Of a stretch of DNA of 64,000 nt, positions 8,478 to 18,207 are shown piece by piece. Origin of the DNA: Myxococcota bacterium (GTDB lineage Bacteria > Myxococcota_A > UBA796 > UBA2385); contig JBIJDH010000005.1 in NCBI GenBank assembly GCA_044344255.1, forward strand, positions 64,001 to 128,000. The letters run 5' to 3'. Positions within the stretch are counted from its first letter, which is position 1, and the number at the start of each line of letters is the position of its first letter. The position numbers and the translations under genes are program-made. The notes under the pieces are model-generated. The model saw only the letters and a program-made list of their open reading frames with translations, was not told the DNA's origin and searched no databases.

Positions 8478-9296
8478 TCAGCGGCGCTGCATCAGCCGGC
8501 TGCGGCGACGCTCGAGGGCGGCGTCCCCGTCCCCTTCGTTGATGGCGTTGTCGACCACGGCGAGGGCGGCGTCGGGGCCGTCCAGGCGCTCGAGGGCGGT
8601 GGCCATGCCGAGGCGGGCGAGGGAGGCGGTGGCCTCGTCCCGGCCGGCGCTCTGGAGGGCGCGGTCGTAGGACTCGTAGGCGGTGGCGGGGTCCGCGCCG
8701 AGGTCGAGGCGGCCGAGCGCCAGCCAGGCGTCGGTGGCCAGGGAGGCGTCGGCGGTGGCAGCGCGGAGGTCGCGGTCGGCGGCCTCCGTGTCACCGAGCT
8801 CCACCCGGGCGAGGCCAGCGTCGAGGAGCCAGCGCGCGGCGCGGGGGCTCTCCGGCTCGAGGCCCGCGGCGGTCTCCCAGGCCTCGGCGGCGCGGGCGGG
8901 GTCGCCCAGGCGCTGGGCGTAGAGCCCGCCGAGCCGCTCCCAGGCCGCTGCGGCCTCGGCGGGGCTGGGCTCGAGGGAGAGGTAGGTCTGGAGGAGCTCG
9001 AGGGCGCGGTTGGGGGCGTCGAGCTCGACGGCGGCCACCTCGGACGCCCGCCAGATCGCCTCGGTGCGGGTGGAGCGGGTGGCCCAACCTTCGGCGAGGG
9101 CGGTGTAGGCCTCGACCGCCCCCTCCGGATCACCCGCCGCGGCGAGCTCGGCGGGGGCCTGGAGCGCGTGGGGAGACCAGGGGCTGTGCCACCAGCCGCC
9201 GATCAACAGCCCCGCGCCCATCACCCCGACCACGCCCCTCCCGAGGTACCGGACTTCAAGGGTCAGGTGCGGGCTGAGCTTCTTCCAGTCGATCAT
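8478..9296 (-). CDS. Membrane-anchored tetratricopeptide-repeat protein
   Basis: N-terminal TM segment followed by Ala-rich helical repeats (AWERLGGLY, AWLALGRL). Confidence 0.75.
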   Translation of the reverse strand: MIDWKKLSPHLTLEVRYLGRGVVGVMGAGLLIGGWWHSPWSPHALQAPAELAAAGDPEGAVEAYTALAEGWATRSTRTEAIWRASEVAAVELDAPNRALELLQTYLSLEPSPAEAAAAWERLGGLYAQRLGDPARAAEAWETAAGLEPESPRAARWLLDAGLARVELGDTEAADRDLRAATADASLATDAWLALGRLDLGADPATAYESYDRALQSAGRDEATASLARLGMATALERLDGPDAALAVVDNAINEGDGDAALERRRSRLMQRR

Positions 9297-9392
9297 GCCG
9301 GGTTCCGTCCTGGGAGGGTCGCACGAGGCGGGTCGAGGTGAGGTCGTTTGACCTCATACGATCAGCCTAACAGAAAACCCCAGGCGGGAGAT

Positions 9393-11984
9393 CTACTCCT
9401 CGCCGCTTTCTGCCTCTTCGGCGTCTTCGGCGGCCCCCTCCAGGTCCTCACCCTCGTCCGCCTCCTCGAGCGGTTCGGGTACAAGCTCCTCAATGCCGTC
9501 CGCGTCGTCGGGATCGACCACCCGCGCCACGCTCATGACCCGCTCGTTCTCCTCGATGCGCATGATCCGCACGCCCTTCGTGATGCGACCCGCCTCCCGC
9601 ACGGAGTCGGCGCTGCACTTGATCACCCTCCCGGTGTTGGTGATGATCATGATCTTGTCGCCCTCGCGCACCGGTACGGTCCCGGCGACGAGGCCGCGAT
9701 GCTCGTCGGTCTGGATCGCGATCACCCCTCGACCGCCACGCTTCTGGATGCGGTACTTCGCGATGGGAGTGCGTTTGCCATAGCCCCCCTCGGTGATCGT
9801 CAGCAGGCGCCAGTCGGCGTCCGCCTCGAGCACGATCAGGTCGACGATCTCGTCCCCCTCCTCGAGGGTGATGCCCTTCACGCCGCGGGCCACGCGGCCC
9901 ATGTGGCGGACCTGCAGCGCGCCGTCTTCGCCCTTGCCCGGGAAGCGGATACTCATGCCCTGGCGGGTGATGATGAGGGTGTGCTGCTCGGTGCGGCACT
10001 TCTCGACGGTGAGGAGCTCGTCGCCCTCGGCGCAGTCATAAGCCCGGAGGCCCTGGGCGCGCAGGTTCTTGAACTCCTCGAGCTTGGTGCGCTTGACGAG
10101 GCCCTTCTTCGAGCAGAAGAGGAGGTCGAGCTCGGTGTCGAAGTCGTCGATGCTGATGACCGCGGCGATGTTGTCCTCGGGCTCAAGCTGCACGAGGTTG
10201 ACGATGGGCGTGCCCCGCGCGTCCCGCGCCGCCTCGGGGAGCTGGTAGACCGGCACCTTGAAGACCTGCCCGTGCGTGGTGAAGACGAGCAGCACGCTGT
10301 GGGTGTTGGCGAGGAAGAGCTCGCGGACGGAGTCCTCGTTGCGGGTGCGCATCCCGCGCTTGCCGAAGCCGCCCCGGCGCTGCTCCTGGTACTCGGAGTG
10401 GCTGGTGCGCTTGATGTAGCCGTTCACCGACAGCGTGATCACCTGCTCTTCGGCGGCGATGAGGTCGTGGATCGCGATGTCGCCCGAGGCCTCGATGAAG
10501 CGGGTGCGGCGCGGGTCGGCGTACTTGGCGCGGAGCGTGAGGAGCTCGGTGCGGATGAGCTCCATGAGCTTCTCTTCGGAGGCCAGGATGCTCTCGAGCT
10601 CGGTGACGCGGGCGAGCAGGCCGTTGAACTCCTCCTGGATCTTGTCGCGCTCGAGGCCGGTGAGGCGCTGGAGCCGCATGTCGAGGATGGCCTGGGCCTG
10701 GATGACCGAGAAGTCAAAGGTGGAGACGAGGCCCTCACGGGCCTCCTCGGGGGTGGCGCTGGCGCGGATGAGGCGGATGACCTCGTCGAGGTGATCGAGC
10801 GCGCGGAGCAGGCCCTCCAAGATGTGGAGCCGGTCCTTGGCCTTTCGGAGCTCGTAGCGCAGGCGCCGCACCGTGACGTCGCGGCGGTGCTGGAGGTAGT
10901 GCGAGAGCATCTCCTTCAGCGTCAGCACCTCCGGGCGATTGTTCACGATGGCTAGGAGGATCACCCCGAAGGTGCCTTGGAGCTGCGTATGCTTGAAGAG
11001 CTGGTTGAGGATGACCTCCTTCGTGGCGTCGCGCTTCAGTTCGACCACGACGCGCATGCCCTGGCGGTCGGATTCGTCGCGCAGAGCGCTGATGCCCTCG
11101 ATGCGCTTCTCCTTGACGAGGCCGGCGATCTCCTCGAGGAGGCGGGCCTTGTTCGTCTGGTAGGGGAGCTCGTCGATGACGATGACGTCGCGGCTGCTGT
11201 CGGTCTCTTCGTAGTGGGTGGCGCCGCGCACGACGACGCGCCCGCGGCCCGTCTCGTAGGCCTCGCGCACCCCGGTGCGGCCGTAGATGGTGCCGGCCGT
11301 GGGGAAGTCGGGCCCGGGCACGATGCGCATGAGCTCGGAGACCGTGATCTCCGGGTTGTGGGAGAGCGCGATCACGGCGTCGATGATCTCGCCGATATTA
11401 TGCGGCGGGATCTTGGTGGCCATACCCACGGCGATGCCGTCGGAGCCGTTGACGAGCAGGTTCGGGAAGGCGGCCGGCATCACGACCGGCTCTTCGGTGG
11501 CGCCGTCAAAGTTGGGCGCGAAGTCGACCGTGTCCTGGTCGATCTCGTTCAGCAGCTCCTCGGCGAGCCGCGTCATGCGGCACTCGGTGTAGCGGTAGGC
11601 GGCGGCGGGGTCGCCGTCGACGCTGCCGAAGTTGCCCTGGCCGTCCACGAGCGGGTAGCGCATGTTCCAGGGCTGGGCGAGGCGCACGAGGGCGTCGTAG
11701 ACCGCGGAGTCACCGTGGGGGTGGTACTTCTTGAGCACCTCGCCCACGACGCCGGCGCACTTCGAGTAGCGGCGAGAGGCGAGGTGGCCCTCGCGGTACA
11801 TCGCGTACAGGATGCGGCGGTGGACGGGCTTCAGGCCGTCTCGGACATCGGGGAGCGCGCGACCGATGATGACCGACATCGAATAGTCGAGATACGAAGA
11901 CCGCATCTCCTGCTCGATGTCGATGTTGATCAGCGTGCGGGCGACGCCCCCGTGGGTGGGGTCGTCGGGGATGGGGGTGTCCAT
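9393..11984 (-). CDS. gyrA: DNA gyrase subunit A
   Basis: [32 protein letters not shown] (catalytic Tyr), GyrA-box-like QRRGGFG, beta-pinwheel repeats and an acidic tail. Confidence 0.97.
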   Translation of the reverse strand: MDTPIPDDPTHGGVARTLINIDIEQEMRSSYLDYSMSVIIGRALPDVRDGLKPVHRRILYAMYREGHLASRRYSKCAGVVGEVLKKYHPHGDSAVYDALVRLAQPWNMRYPLVDGQGNFGSVDGDPAAAYRYTECRMTRLAEELLNEIDQDTVDFAPNFDGATEEPVVMPAAFPNLLVNGSDGIAVGMATKIPPHNIGEIIDAVIALSHNPEITVSELMRIVPGPDFPTAGTIYGRTGVREAYETGRGRVVVRGATHYEETDSSRDVIVIDELPYQTNKARLLEEIAGLVKEKRIEGISALRDESDRQGMRVVVELKRDATKEVILNQLFKHTQLQGTFGVILLAIVNNRPEVLTLKEMLSHYLQHRRDVTVRRLRYELRKAKDRLHILEGLLRALDHLDEVIRLIRASATPEEAREGLVSTFDFSVIQAQAILDMRLQRLTGLERDKIQEEFNGLLARVTELESILASEEKLMELIRTELLTLRAKYADPRRTRFIEASGDIAIHDLIAAEEQVITLSVNGYIKRTSHSEYQEQRRGGFGKRGMRTRNEDSVRELFLANTHSVLLVFTTHGQVFKVPVYQLPEAARDARGTPIVNLVQLEPEDNIAAVISIDDFDTELDLLFCSKKGLVKRTKLEEFKNLRAQGLRAYDCAEGDELLTVEKCRTEQHTLIITRQGMSIRFPGKGEDGALQVRHMGRVARGVKGITLEEGDEIVDLIVLEADADWRLLTITEGGYGKRTPIAKYRIQKRGGRGVIAIQTDEHRGLVAGTVPVREGDKIMIITNTGRVIKCSADSVREAGRITKGVRIMRIEENERVMSVARVVDPDDADGIEELVPEPLEEADEGEDLEGAAEDAEEAESGEE

Positions 11985-12102
11985 GTCGGAGTCCGGGGAA
12001 GGACGCGCCCCATAACCCGGCGCCGCCCGAGAGGCTTACATCGGCTTCTCAGGCGGATTTTTGATGGGCGAGCCTCCGGATTCCGGCGGCCTTGGGCTGC
12101 GC

Positions 12103-12675
12103 TCAGCCGAAGAGCTTGCCGAGCCCGCCCAGGAGCGCGCCGGCGGAGGTGCCCTCGGGCTCTTCAGCCTGTGCGGCCTGGGCGGTGGGCGCCGCGCCCT
12201 TGCCGCCGGCGATGCTCGCGAGAAGCGGGGCGGCGGCGAGGATCTTGGAGAGGAGCGCGGGGTCGACGCGCTTCTTGAGGAAGTCGAGGATCAGGGGGGC
12301 CACGAGGCCGGCCTTGCCCGCGTCGACGCCGAAGCGGCCGAGCACGGTGACCACGCCGGCGATGTCCCGGGCCTGCTCACCGCCGAGGGCGCCGGCCGCC
12401 GCGCCGAGCAGGCCGCCCATCCCGCCGCCGCCGATCGCGCCCATCGCCGCGCCGAAGAGGCCGCCGCCCTCGCCCTCCTGGGGGGCCTCGGCCTTCGCGG
12501 CCTGCTTCTGCCAACCGGCGAGCTCGGGAACGGCGCTGTCGAGCTTGCCGGCGGCCTCTTCCCCGAAGCGCTCGGCGACCTCGCCCTTGACGAGCCCGAG
12601 GACGGAGCCGGCGATGCCCTGTGCGGCGGCGCCGTTGACGCCGAGCTGAGAGGAGAGGGAGGCGATGAGGTCCAT
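12103..12675 (-). CDS. Gly/Ala-rich hypothetical protein (DUF2780/VcgC-like)
   Basis: MDLIASLSSQLGV...AQGIAGSVLGLVK pattern with Gly-rich helices. The family call is from memory. Confidence 0.65.
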   Translation of the reverse strand: MDLIASLSSQLGVNGAAAQGIAGSVLGLVKGEVAERFGEEAAGKLDSAVPELAGWQKQAAKAEAPQEGEGGGLFGAAMGAIGGGGMGGLLGAAAGALGGEQARDIAGVVTVLGRFGVDAGKAGLVAPLILDFLKKRVDPALLSKILAAAPLLASIAGGKGAAPTAQAAQAEEPEGTSAGALLGGLGKLFG

Positions 12676-12780
12676 GCGGGCTCCGATGCGGGAGGGGGAC
12701 GGGTGGCTATTCGGTCGCGCGGCGCTGGGCCCGCGTCGGCGGTGGGCTCATCGCACATCCGTCCGCGGTAGGCTGCGGCG

Positions 12781-14130
12781 ATGGCCGATCGCGCCCCCCT
12801 CGCCCTGCCGCTCGGCTGTGTCCTCCTGGGCACCGCCGGGCTCGGCTATGTGAACTGTCGGAACGCCTGGGAGATGGCTCCGAACTGGGGGCAGGACCTC
12901 GCCTTCTTCACGCAGATCGTCCACCGGGCGGCGAGCGGGGGCCCCTGGGCCTCGCCCCTCCTCCTCGAGCCCGAGGGCATGTTCGAGATGGTGCACACGC
13001 ACCTCGTCTTGTTCGTGCTGGTGCCGATCTACGCCCTCCTCCCCCGTCAGGAGGTGCTGCTCGTCGCGCAGGCTGCCTTCGCTTGCCTCGCCCTCTGGCC
13101 CGCCTTCCGGCTGGGAGAGCAGGTGGGCGGGCGGCGCCTCGGCCTCTTCGCCGCCGCGGCCGCCCTCGCCTTCGGCCCCTTCCAGGCCGCGGCCACCTGT
13201 GACTTTCGGGCGAGCAGCCTCTTCATCCCCGGGATCCTGGGCGCGCTCACAGCGGCGCGGGAGCGGCGGGCGGGGGCGATGTTCGCCTGGGCCTGCGTCG
13301 CCCACCTCGGCCGGCAGGAGGCGGCCTACCTCGGGATGCTGGCCGGGGGCGCCCTGCTCGTGATCCCCTGGGGCGAACCCGTGGGGGGGGCGCCCGGCTG
13401 GCGGGCGCGGCTGCGGCTGCGGGAGGGCGCGCTCCTGCTGGGCTTCTCGATCCTCACCTTCGCCGCCTGGACCGCGCTGAAGCCGGAGATGTTCTACCAC
13501 TTCGACCCCCGCAGCCCCCTGGCCGAGCGCCCGCCCCTGGCGCCCGAGATCGCCGAGGCCCGACTTGGCTACGCGCTCCGCCTGCTGCGCTCGGGGGGCC
13601 TCCTCGCCCTGCTCGACCCCGCCGCCCTCCTCGCGGGCCTGCCGATGGGCCTCGCCCTCGCGGTCTCCCCCAAGGAGTGGGAGCCCCTCGTGGGCCCCTC
13701 CGCCCACTACACCGCCTTCTGGCTCCCCTTCTTGCTGGCGAGCTCGATCGCTGGCGCCGGCCGCTTGGGCCGTTGGGGCGGGCCGGCCCTCCTCCTCTTG
13801 AACGCGCTCTCCTTCCCCTGGGTGGGCCTGCGGGAGGGCCACGGCGCGCTGCGGGCCTTGGGCGACCTTGCCCGCCCCGAGGACCGTGTCGCCGCCGACT
13901 ACGACACCATCCACCTCTTCGGGCAACGGGAGGTGCTCTGGAACGTGGCGCAGCTCGAGCTCCCCGAGGCGGAGCGCCCCCGCGGCTGGGAGCGGCCCTG
14001 GCCCATCTCCCTCGACGCGGTGGACCTCCTCGTCGATCGTGCAGACGACCCGCTCGTCCTCCGCGCGGAGGCCGCAGGGTGGGTGGTCGTCGCGACCGTC
14101 GATGACCACGTCGCCCTGCGGCGGCCCTGA
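12781..14130 (+). CDS. DUF2079-family multi-pass membrane protein (GT-C-like)
   Basis: Motifs DLAFFTQ, HTHLVL..LVPIYALLP..LLVAQA, DF and HYTA, with many TM helices. Confidence 0.75.
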   Translation: MADRAPLALPLGCVLLGTAGLGYVNCRNAWEMAPNWGQDLAFFTQIVHRAASGGPWASPLLLEPEGMFEMVHTHLVLFVLVPIYALLPRQEVLLVAQAAFACLALWPAFRLGEQVGGRRLGLFAAAAALAFGPFQAAATCDFRASSLFIPGILGALTAARERRAGAMFAWACVAHLGRQEAAYLGMLAGGALLVIPWGEPVGGAPGWRARLRLREGALLLGFSILTFAAWTALKPEMFYHFDPRSPLAERPPLAPEIAEARLGYALRLLRSGGLLALLDPAALLAGLPMGLALAVSPKEWEPLVGPSAHYTAFWLPFLLASSIAGAGRLGRWGGPALLLLNALSFPWVGLREGHGALRALGDLARPEDRVAADYDTIHLFGQREVLWNVAQLELPEAERPRGWERPWPISLDAVDLLVDRADDPLVLRAEAAGWVVVATVDDHVALRRP

Positions 14131-14270
14131 GGGTCCTTCGCGGCCGTCGGGTCATCGGGATCGACATGCGGGGCGCGTAAACCGCCGGCTCGCCCGAGGG
14201 CCGGGGCTCCGCGGCGAAGCTCGCTCTTGCCGGTGGTCGACCGGGGCGGCGATCCGAAGTACCAGGGTCG

Positions 14271-15509
14271 ATGTCCGACGCTCCCCCAGCGGCCCCGAAG
14301 CGCTCCCGCATGACCCTCGCCATCCTCGGGGCCATGGCGCTCGGCCTCGTCGTGGGCCCGCTGCTGGGCGAGTCGGCGGCCCCCTTCGGGGAGCTCGGCA
14401 AGCTCGTCATCCAGCTCATCAAGGCGGTGGCCACCCCGCTGCTCTTCTTCGCGATCGTCAACGCCGTCGTCTCGACGCAGGTGGCGGCCCGATCGGGGCT
14501 CCGCATGCTCGGCTTCGCGATGGTGAACGCCACCTTGGCGCTGGGCGTGGGCCTCCTCGCCTCGAACCTCTTCGAGCCGGGGCGTCACCTCTCGATCGTC
14601 ATCGGCCCGGCTGACCCTGCGGCCCTCACCGCCTGGGCCGACAAGCGGGTGGACCTGCTCCAGACCTTCTCCAGCTATGTGCCCCAGAGCGTGGTCGCCC
14701 CCTTCGTGGACAACGCGGTCATCCCGGTGGTGCTGATGGCCCTGCTCACCGGCTTCGGCCTGCGCGCCGTGCGGCACCAGCAGCGCGCCGAGGGCGGAAG
14801 CGGCCACGCCGTGGTCGAGGCCGCGCTGCGCACGCTCCAGCAGCTCATGGAGGTGGTGCTCGGCTGGGCCGTGAAGCTCGTGCCCGTCGCGGTCTTCGGG
14901 GTGGTGTGCAAGACCGTGGGGCAGTATGGCTTCGCCCCCCTGAAGGGCCTCGCCGCCTACGTCGCGGTGGGCCTCCTCGGCTTCGCCTTCCATGCGCTCG
15001 TCACCTACCAGCTCTGGGTGGGCCTCTGGGCGCGGATCTCCCTCCGGCGCTTCTGGGCGGCGGCGCGGGAGCCGATGGTGACGGCGCTCGGAACGAACAG
15101 CAGCCTCGCCACCTTGCCGGTGACCCTCCAGGCCCTCGACCGTCTGGGGGTGTCGAAGGAGGCCTCGGCTCTCGGCGCCTGCGTGGGCACGAACCTCAAC
15201 AACGACGGCATCCTCCTCTACGAGGGCATGGCCGTGCTCTTCGTCGCCCAGGCCCTGGGCATCGAGATGACGGCCTCCCAGCAGGTGCTCGCCTGCCTCA
15301 CCTGCGTGGTGGCGGCGATGGGGGTGGCGGGGGTGCCCGAGGCGGGCTTCGTCTCCCTGGCGCTCGTGCTCAACACCGTGGGGCTGCCGATCGAGCTCCT
15401 CCCGCTCCTCCTCACGGTGGACTGGGTGCTGGCCCGCGGTAGGTCGGTGGTGAACGTGCTCTCCGACATGGTGCTCTCCATCCTCGTGGACGGTCGCCGT
15501 CATGCTTGA
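14271..15509 (+). CDS. Dicarboxylate/amino acid:cation symporter (DAACS)
   Basis: Motifs TNSSLATLP, GTNLNNDG, GVAGVP and VDW..ARGRSVVNVLSD. Confidence 0.93.
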   Translation: MSDAPPAAPKRSRMTLAILGAMALGLVVGPLLGESAAPFGELGKLVIQLIKAVATPLLFFAIVNAVVSTQVAARSGLRMLGFAMVNATLALGVGLLASNLFEPGRHLSIVIGPADPAALTAWADKRVDLLQTFSSYVPQSVVAPFVDNAVIPVVLMALLTGFGLRAVRHQQRAEGGSGHAVVEAALRTLQQLMEVVLGWAVKLVPVAVFGVVCKTVGQYGFAPLKGLAAYVAVGLLGFAFHALVTYQLWVGLWARISLRRFWAAAREPMVTALGTNSSLATLPVTLQALDRLGVSKEASALGACVGTNLNNDGILLYEGMAVLFVAQALGIEMTASQQVLACLTCVVAAMGVAGVPEAGFVSLALVLNTVGLPIELLPLLLTVDWVLARGRSVVNVLSDMVLSILVDGRRHA

Positions 15510-15942
15510 CCCTGCTACCCCTCCGCCAGCGGCCGCCGCGCCCAACCCGCCCCGGATCGTGCTCTTCGACGGCGTCTGCGCGATGTGCAGCGGTGCGGTT
15601 GACCTGCTGATCCGCCTCGACCGGGACCGGCTGTTCAAGTACGCGGCCCTCCAAGGGGAGACCGCCGCCGCGCTCCGGAAGGTCCACCCCGAGATCCCCG
15701 AGAACATCGACACCATGGCCATCGTGGACGAGGGGGTGGTCTACATCCGCATGAAGGGGGTCTGTCGGGCGGCGCGGTACCTGCCGTGGCCGTGGAAGGC
15801 CGGCTACGCCTTCTTCTTCCTCCCCGCCTGGCTCACGAACCCGCTCTACAACCTCGTCGCCGCGTGGCGCTACCGCCTGTTCGGGAAGAAGGAGTCGTGC
15901 CGGCTGCCGACGCCCGATGAGGTGGAGCTGATCCTCCCTTGA
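15502..15942 (+). CDS. DCC1-like thiol-disulfide oxidoreductase family protein
   Basis: N-terminal VLFDGVCAMC (DxxCxxC), YAALQ and a RYRLFGK..SC..P tail. Confidence 0.9.
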   Translation: MLDPATPPPAAAAPNPPRIVLFDGVCAMCSGAVDLLIRLDRDRLFKYAALQGETAAALRKVHPEIPENIDTMAIVDEGVVYIRMKGVCRAARYLPWPWKAGYAFFFLPAWLTNPLYNLVAAWRYRLFGKKESCRLPTPDEVELILP

Positions 15943-15968
15943 TCGCCCCGCCCGGGTAGGTGTCGGAC

Positions 15969-18017
15969 ATGCTGCTGTTCCTCCTCCTCGCTTGCGCTGA
16001 CCTTGACGGCAAGGACAAGGCCGCCGCCATCCCCGACTCGGGGGTGCTCGACACCGCCACGTCCGGGGACACGGGCGCTGAGGACTCGGCCTGCACGACC
16101 TACGCTGATACGGACGGCGACGGCTACGGCGACCCCGACGTGATCTCCTGCGCAGAAGGGGCGGTGGCAGACACAACAGACTGCGATGATGCCAATGCGG
16201 CCGTCCATCCCCTGGCCGATGAGCACTGCGATGGCGAGGACGAAGACTGCGACGGCGTCGCCGACGAGGAGGCGGTCGACATGGCCTCCTACTCGACAGA
16301 CGGCGACGGCGACGGCCACGGCGACGGGGTGCCGTCCGCGACGGGCTGCACCGCGCCGACGGGTACGAGCGCGCTCGGCGACGACTGCGACGACACCGAC
16401 GCCGCTGTCTACCCCGGGGCCCCCGAGCTGTGTGACGGTCGGGACAACGGCTGCGACGCCTGGGAGGCGGCCGATGAGGTCGGCACCGTCACCTTCTACC
16501 TTCCCTCCGGCGCCGCGCGCGACGAGACCGACGTGTGGACAGGGGGCACCTCACGGGTGCCGCTGGAGCTGGAGCTGGAGGAGGGCACCTACGCGGTCTG
16601 CCCCGATACGTGGTTCGTCAACCTCACCGCCACCGCTCCGGTGAGCCTCGTCGGGGTGTACGGCCAGGGGGTCACCACGCTCTACGGGGTGTCCGACCGT
16701 ATCCTCCGGGCCGAGGACGACCTCGAGGTCTCCGGGCTGACCTTCACCATCGGTAACGCCGATGAAGGCGACGGCGGCGCGATCCTTCACCTCGCGGGGA
16801 CGCTGACCATCACCGACAGCTCCTTCCTCGAGAACACCGCCATTCGCGGCGGAGCTGTGGCGATTGAGCACGACCCCTTCGACCCTGGCGAGGTGACGCT
16901 CACCGACGTCTCCTTCAAGAGCGGCTACGCCGAGCGGGGCGCGGGTCTCTACGCCGACCTGAACACCTGGCTCCGTGCAGACGGCGTGATGTTCGAAGAC
17001 AATGCCGCGACGGACGACGGCGGGGGGCTGTCGGTCGCCGAGGCGGCCAACTTGGTGCTCACCGACTGCACCTTCACCGGCAACACTGCCGCTGACCTTG
17101 GGGGTGGGCTCCACGCAGAGGTCTCCTGGCCCATCGTGCTCACCGACACCCGCTTCGTCGGGAACGAGGCCGGCGGGGAGGGCGCCGGCGCATGGTTGTC
17201 TGGCCCCGACAACATCGACCTCTCCGGCGTCGAGCTCGAAGCCAATAAGGCCGGGAACGGCGGCGGTGGGCTCGCCGTCTATGCCGACAGCCTCCGGTCG
17301 TCCTCGCTCACCCTGGTGGACAACGTCTCCGACGGAGATGGCGGCGGCCTCTACGTCTTCGCGAACGGGGTGAGCCTCGAGGGCTTTGAAGCGACGGGCA
17401 ACCGCGCGAGCGGCGCGGGGGGCGGCGCGGCGGTGCTGGTCAGCTCCTCGCTGATCCTCCGCGGCGGCCGCCTCTCCGAGAACCAGGCCACGGACGCCGG
17501 TGGGCTCTGGGTGACCGGCCAGAGCGACCCCTCGGTGACCGCGACGCTGGACGAGGTGGTCTTCACCTCCAACACGGCCAACGACGGTGGCGGAGCGCGG
17601 ATGGAGGTGGGCACGGTGGACCTCCTCGCGGTCGAGATCGCTGGCAACGTGGCCGGCGGCGATGGCGGCGGCCTGTGGGTCGACGGGGAGGTCCGCGCCG
17701 GGACCGACGTGTGGGTGGAGGGCAACGCGGCAGACCGGGGTGGCGGTCTCTACCTGTTCCGGGGGAGCTACTCGTGCACCGGCTCGAGCAGCACGGACGA
17801 GGGCTTTCGCGCCAACTCGGCCGATCGGGGCGGCGCGGTGGCGATCGGCACCGAAGAGGGGATTGAGTTGGAGGCGGATCAATGCGACTTCGGCGTAGAT
17901 GGGGAGGACAACACCGCGACCGACGCCGGGCCGGACCTGTTCCTCACCGGGCCAGAGTCAGTCTATGGTTACGGCGACGACGCCAGCTTCACGTGTGACG
18001 CCGAGGTGTGCGGGTAG
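15969..18017 (+). CDS. Lipoprotein with MopE-related Cys/Asp repeats and a Pmp-like right-handed beta-helix
   Basis: LLLAC lipobox, two DCDD..P..E.CDG repeats, and more than ten GG(A/G)(I/L/V)/FxxN repeats. Confidence 0.85.
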   Translation: MLLFLLLACADLDGKDKAAAIPDSGVLDTATSGDTGAEDSACTTYADTDGDGYGDPDVISCAEGAVADTTDCDDANAAVHPLADEHCDGEDEDCDGVADEEAVDMASYSTDGDGDGHGDGVPSATGCTAPTGTSALGDDCDDTDAAVYPGAPELCDGRDNGCDAWEAADEVGTVTFYLPSGAARDETDVWTGGTSRVPLELELEEGTYAVCPDTWFVNLTATAPVSLVGVYGQGVTTLYGVSDRILRAEDDLEVSGLTFTIGNADEGDGGAILHLAGTLTITDSSFLENTAIRGGAVAIEHDPFDPGEVTLTDVSFKSGYAERGAGLYADLNTWLRADGVMFEDNAATDDGGGLSVAEAANLVLTDCTFTGNTAADLGGGLHAEVSWPIVLTDTRFVGNEAGGEGAGAWLSGPDNIDLSGVELEANKAGNGGGGLAVYADSLRSSSLTLVDNVSDGDGGGLYVFANGVSLEGFEATGNRASGAGGGAAVLVSSSLILRGGRLSENQATDAGGLWVTGQSDPSVTATLDEVVFTSNTANDGGGARMEVGTVDLLAVEIAGNVAGGDGGGLWVDGEVRAGTDVWVEGNAADRGGGLYLFRGSYSCTGSSSTDEGFRANSADRGGAVAIGTEEGIELEADQCDFGVDGEDNTATDAGPDLFLTGPESVYGYGDDASFTCDAEVCG

Positions 18018-18020
18018 CCG

Positions 18021-18041
18021 GGGGCATCGGCAAGGTGCCCC
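18021..18041. terminator. Short GC hairpin between convergent genes
   Basis: GGGGCATC-GGCAA-GGTGCCCC, an 8-bp stem with one G-U pair and no U tract. Confidence 0.35.
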
Positions 18042-18099
18042 TCGATGGAGCACGAGCTGGGAACCGGAACGTCCGTCGGCGACGAACATTGCGCTGGTT

Positions 18100-18161
18100 T
18101 CAGCTCGAGGCGGAGCTGTAATGATGGAGCGCGAGGCTCCAGGTGGCCCGCCCGAGCAGCA
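18100..18161. repeat. Direct repeat copy 1 (att-like), duplicating the last 19-20 codons and stop of the permease
   Basis: TCAGCTCGAGGCGGAGCTGTAATGATGGAGCGCGAGGCTCCAGGTGGCCCGCCCGAGCAGCA. Confidence 0.95.
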
Positions 18162-18207
18162 TTCACCCGGTCGTCGCGAATTGCCCCGTCACCGGTCATC
18201 AAGCCGA

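Noticed and set aside
11690..11730. Quinolone-resistance substitution in gyrA
   Set aside because: HGDSAVYD retains the Ser83 and Asp87 equivalents.
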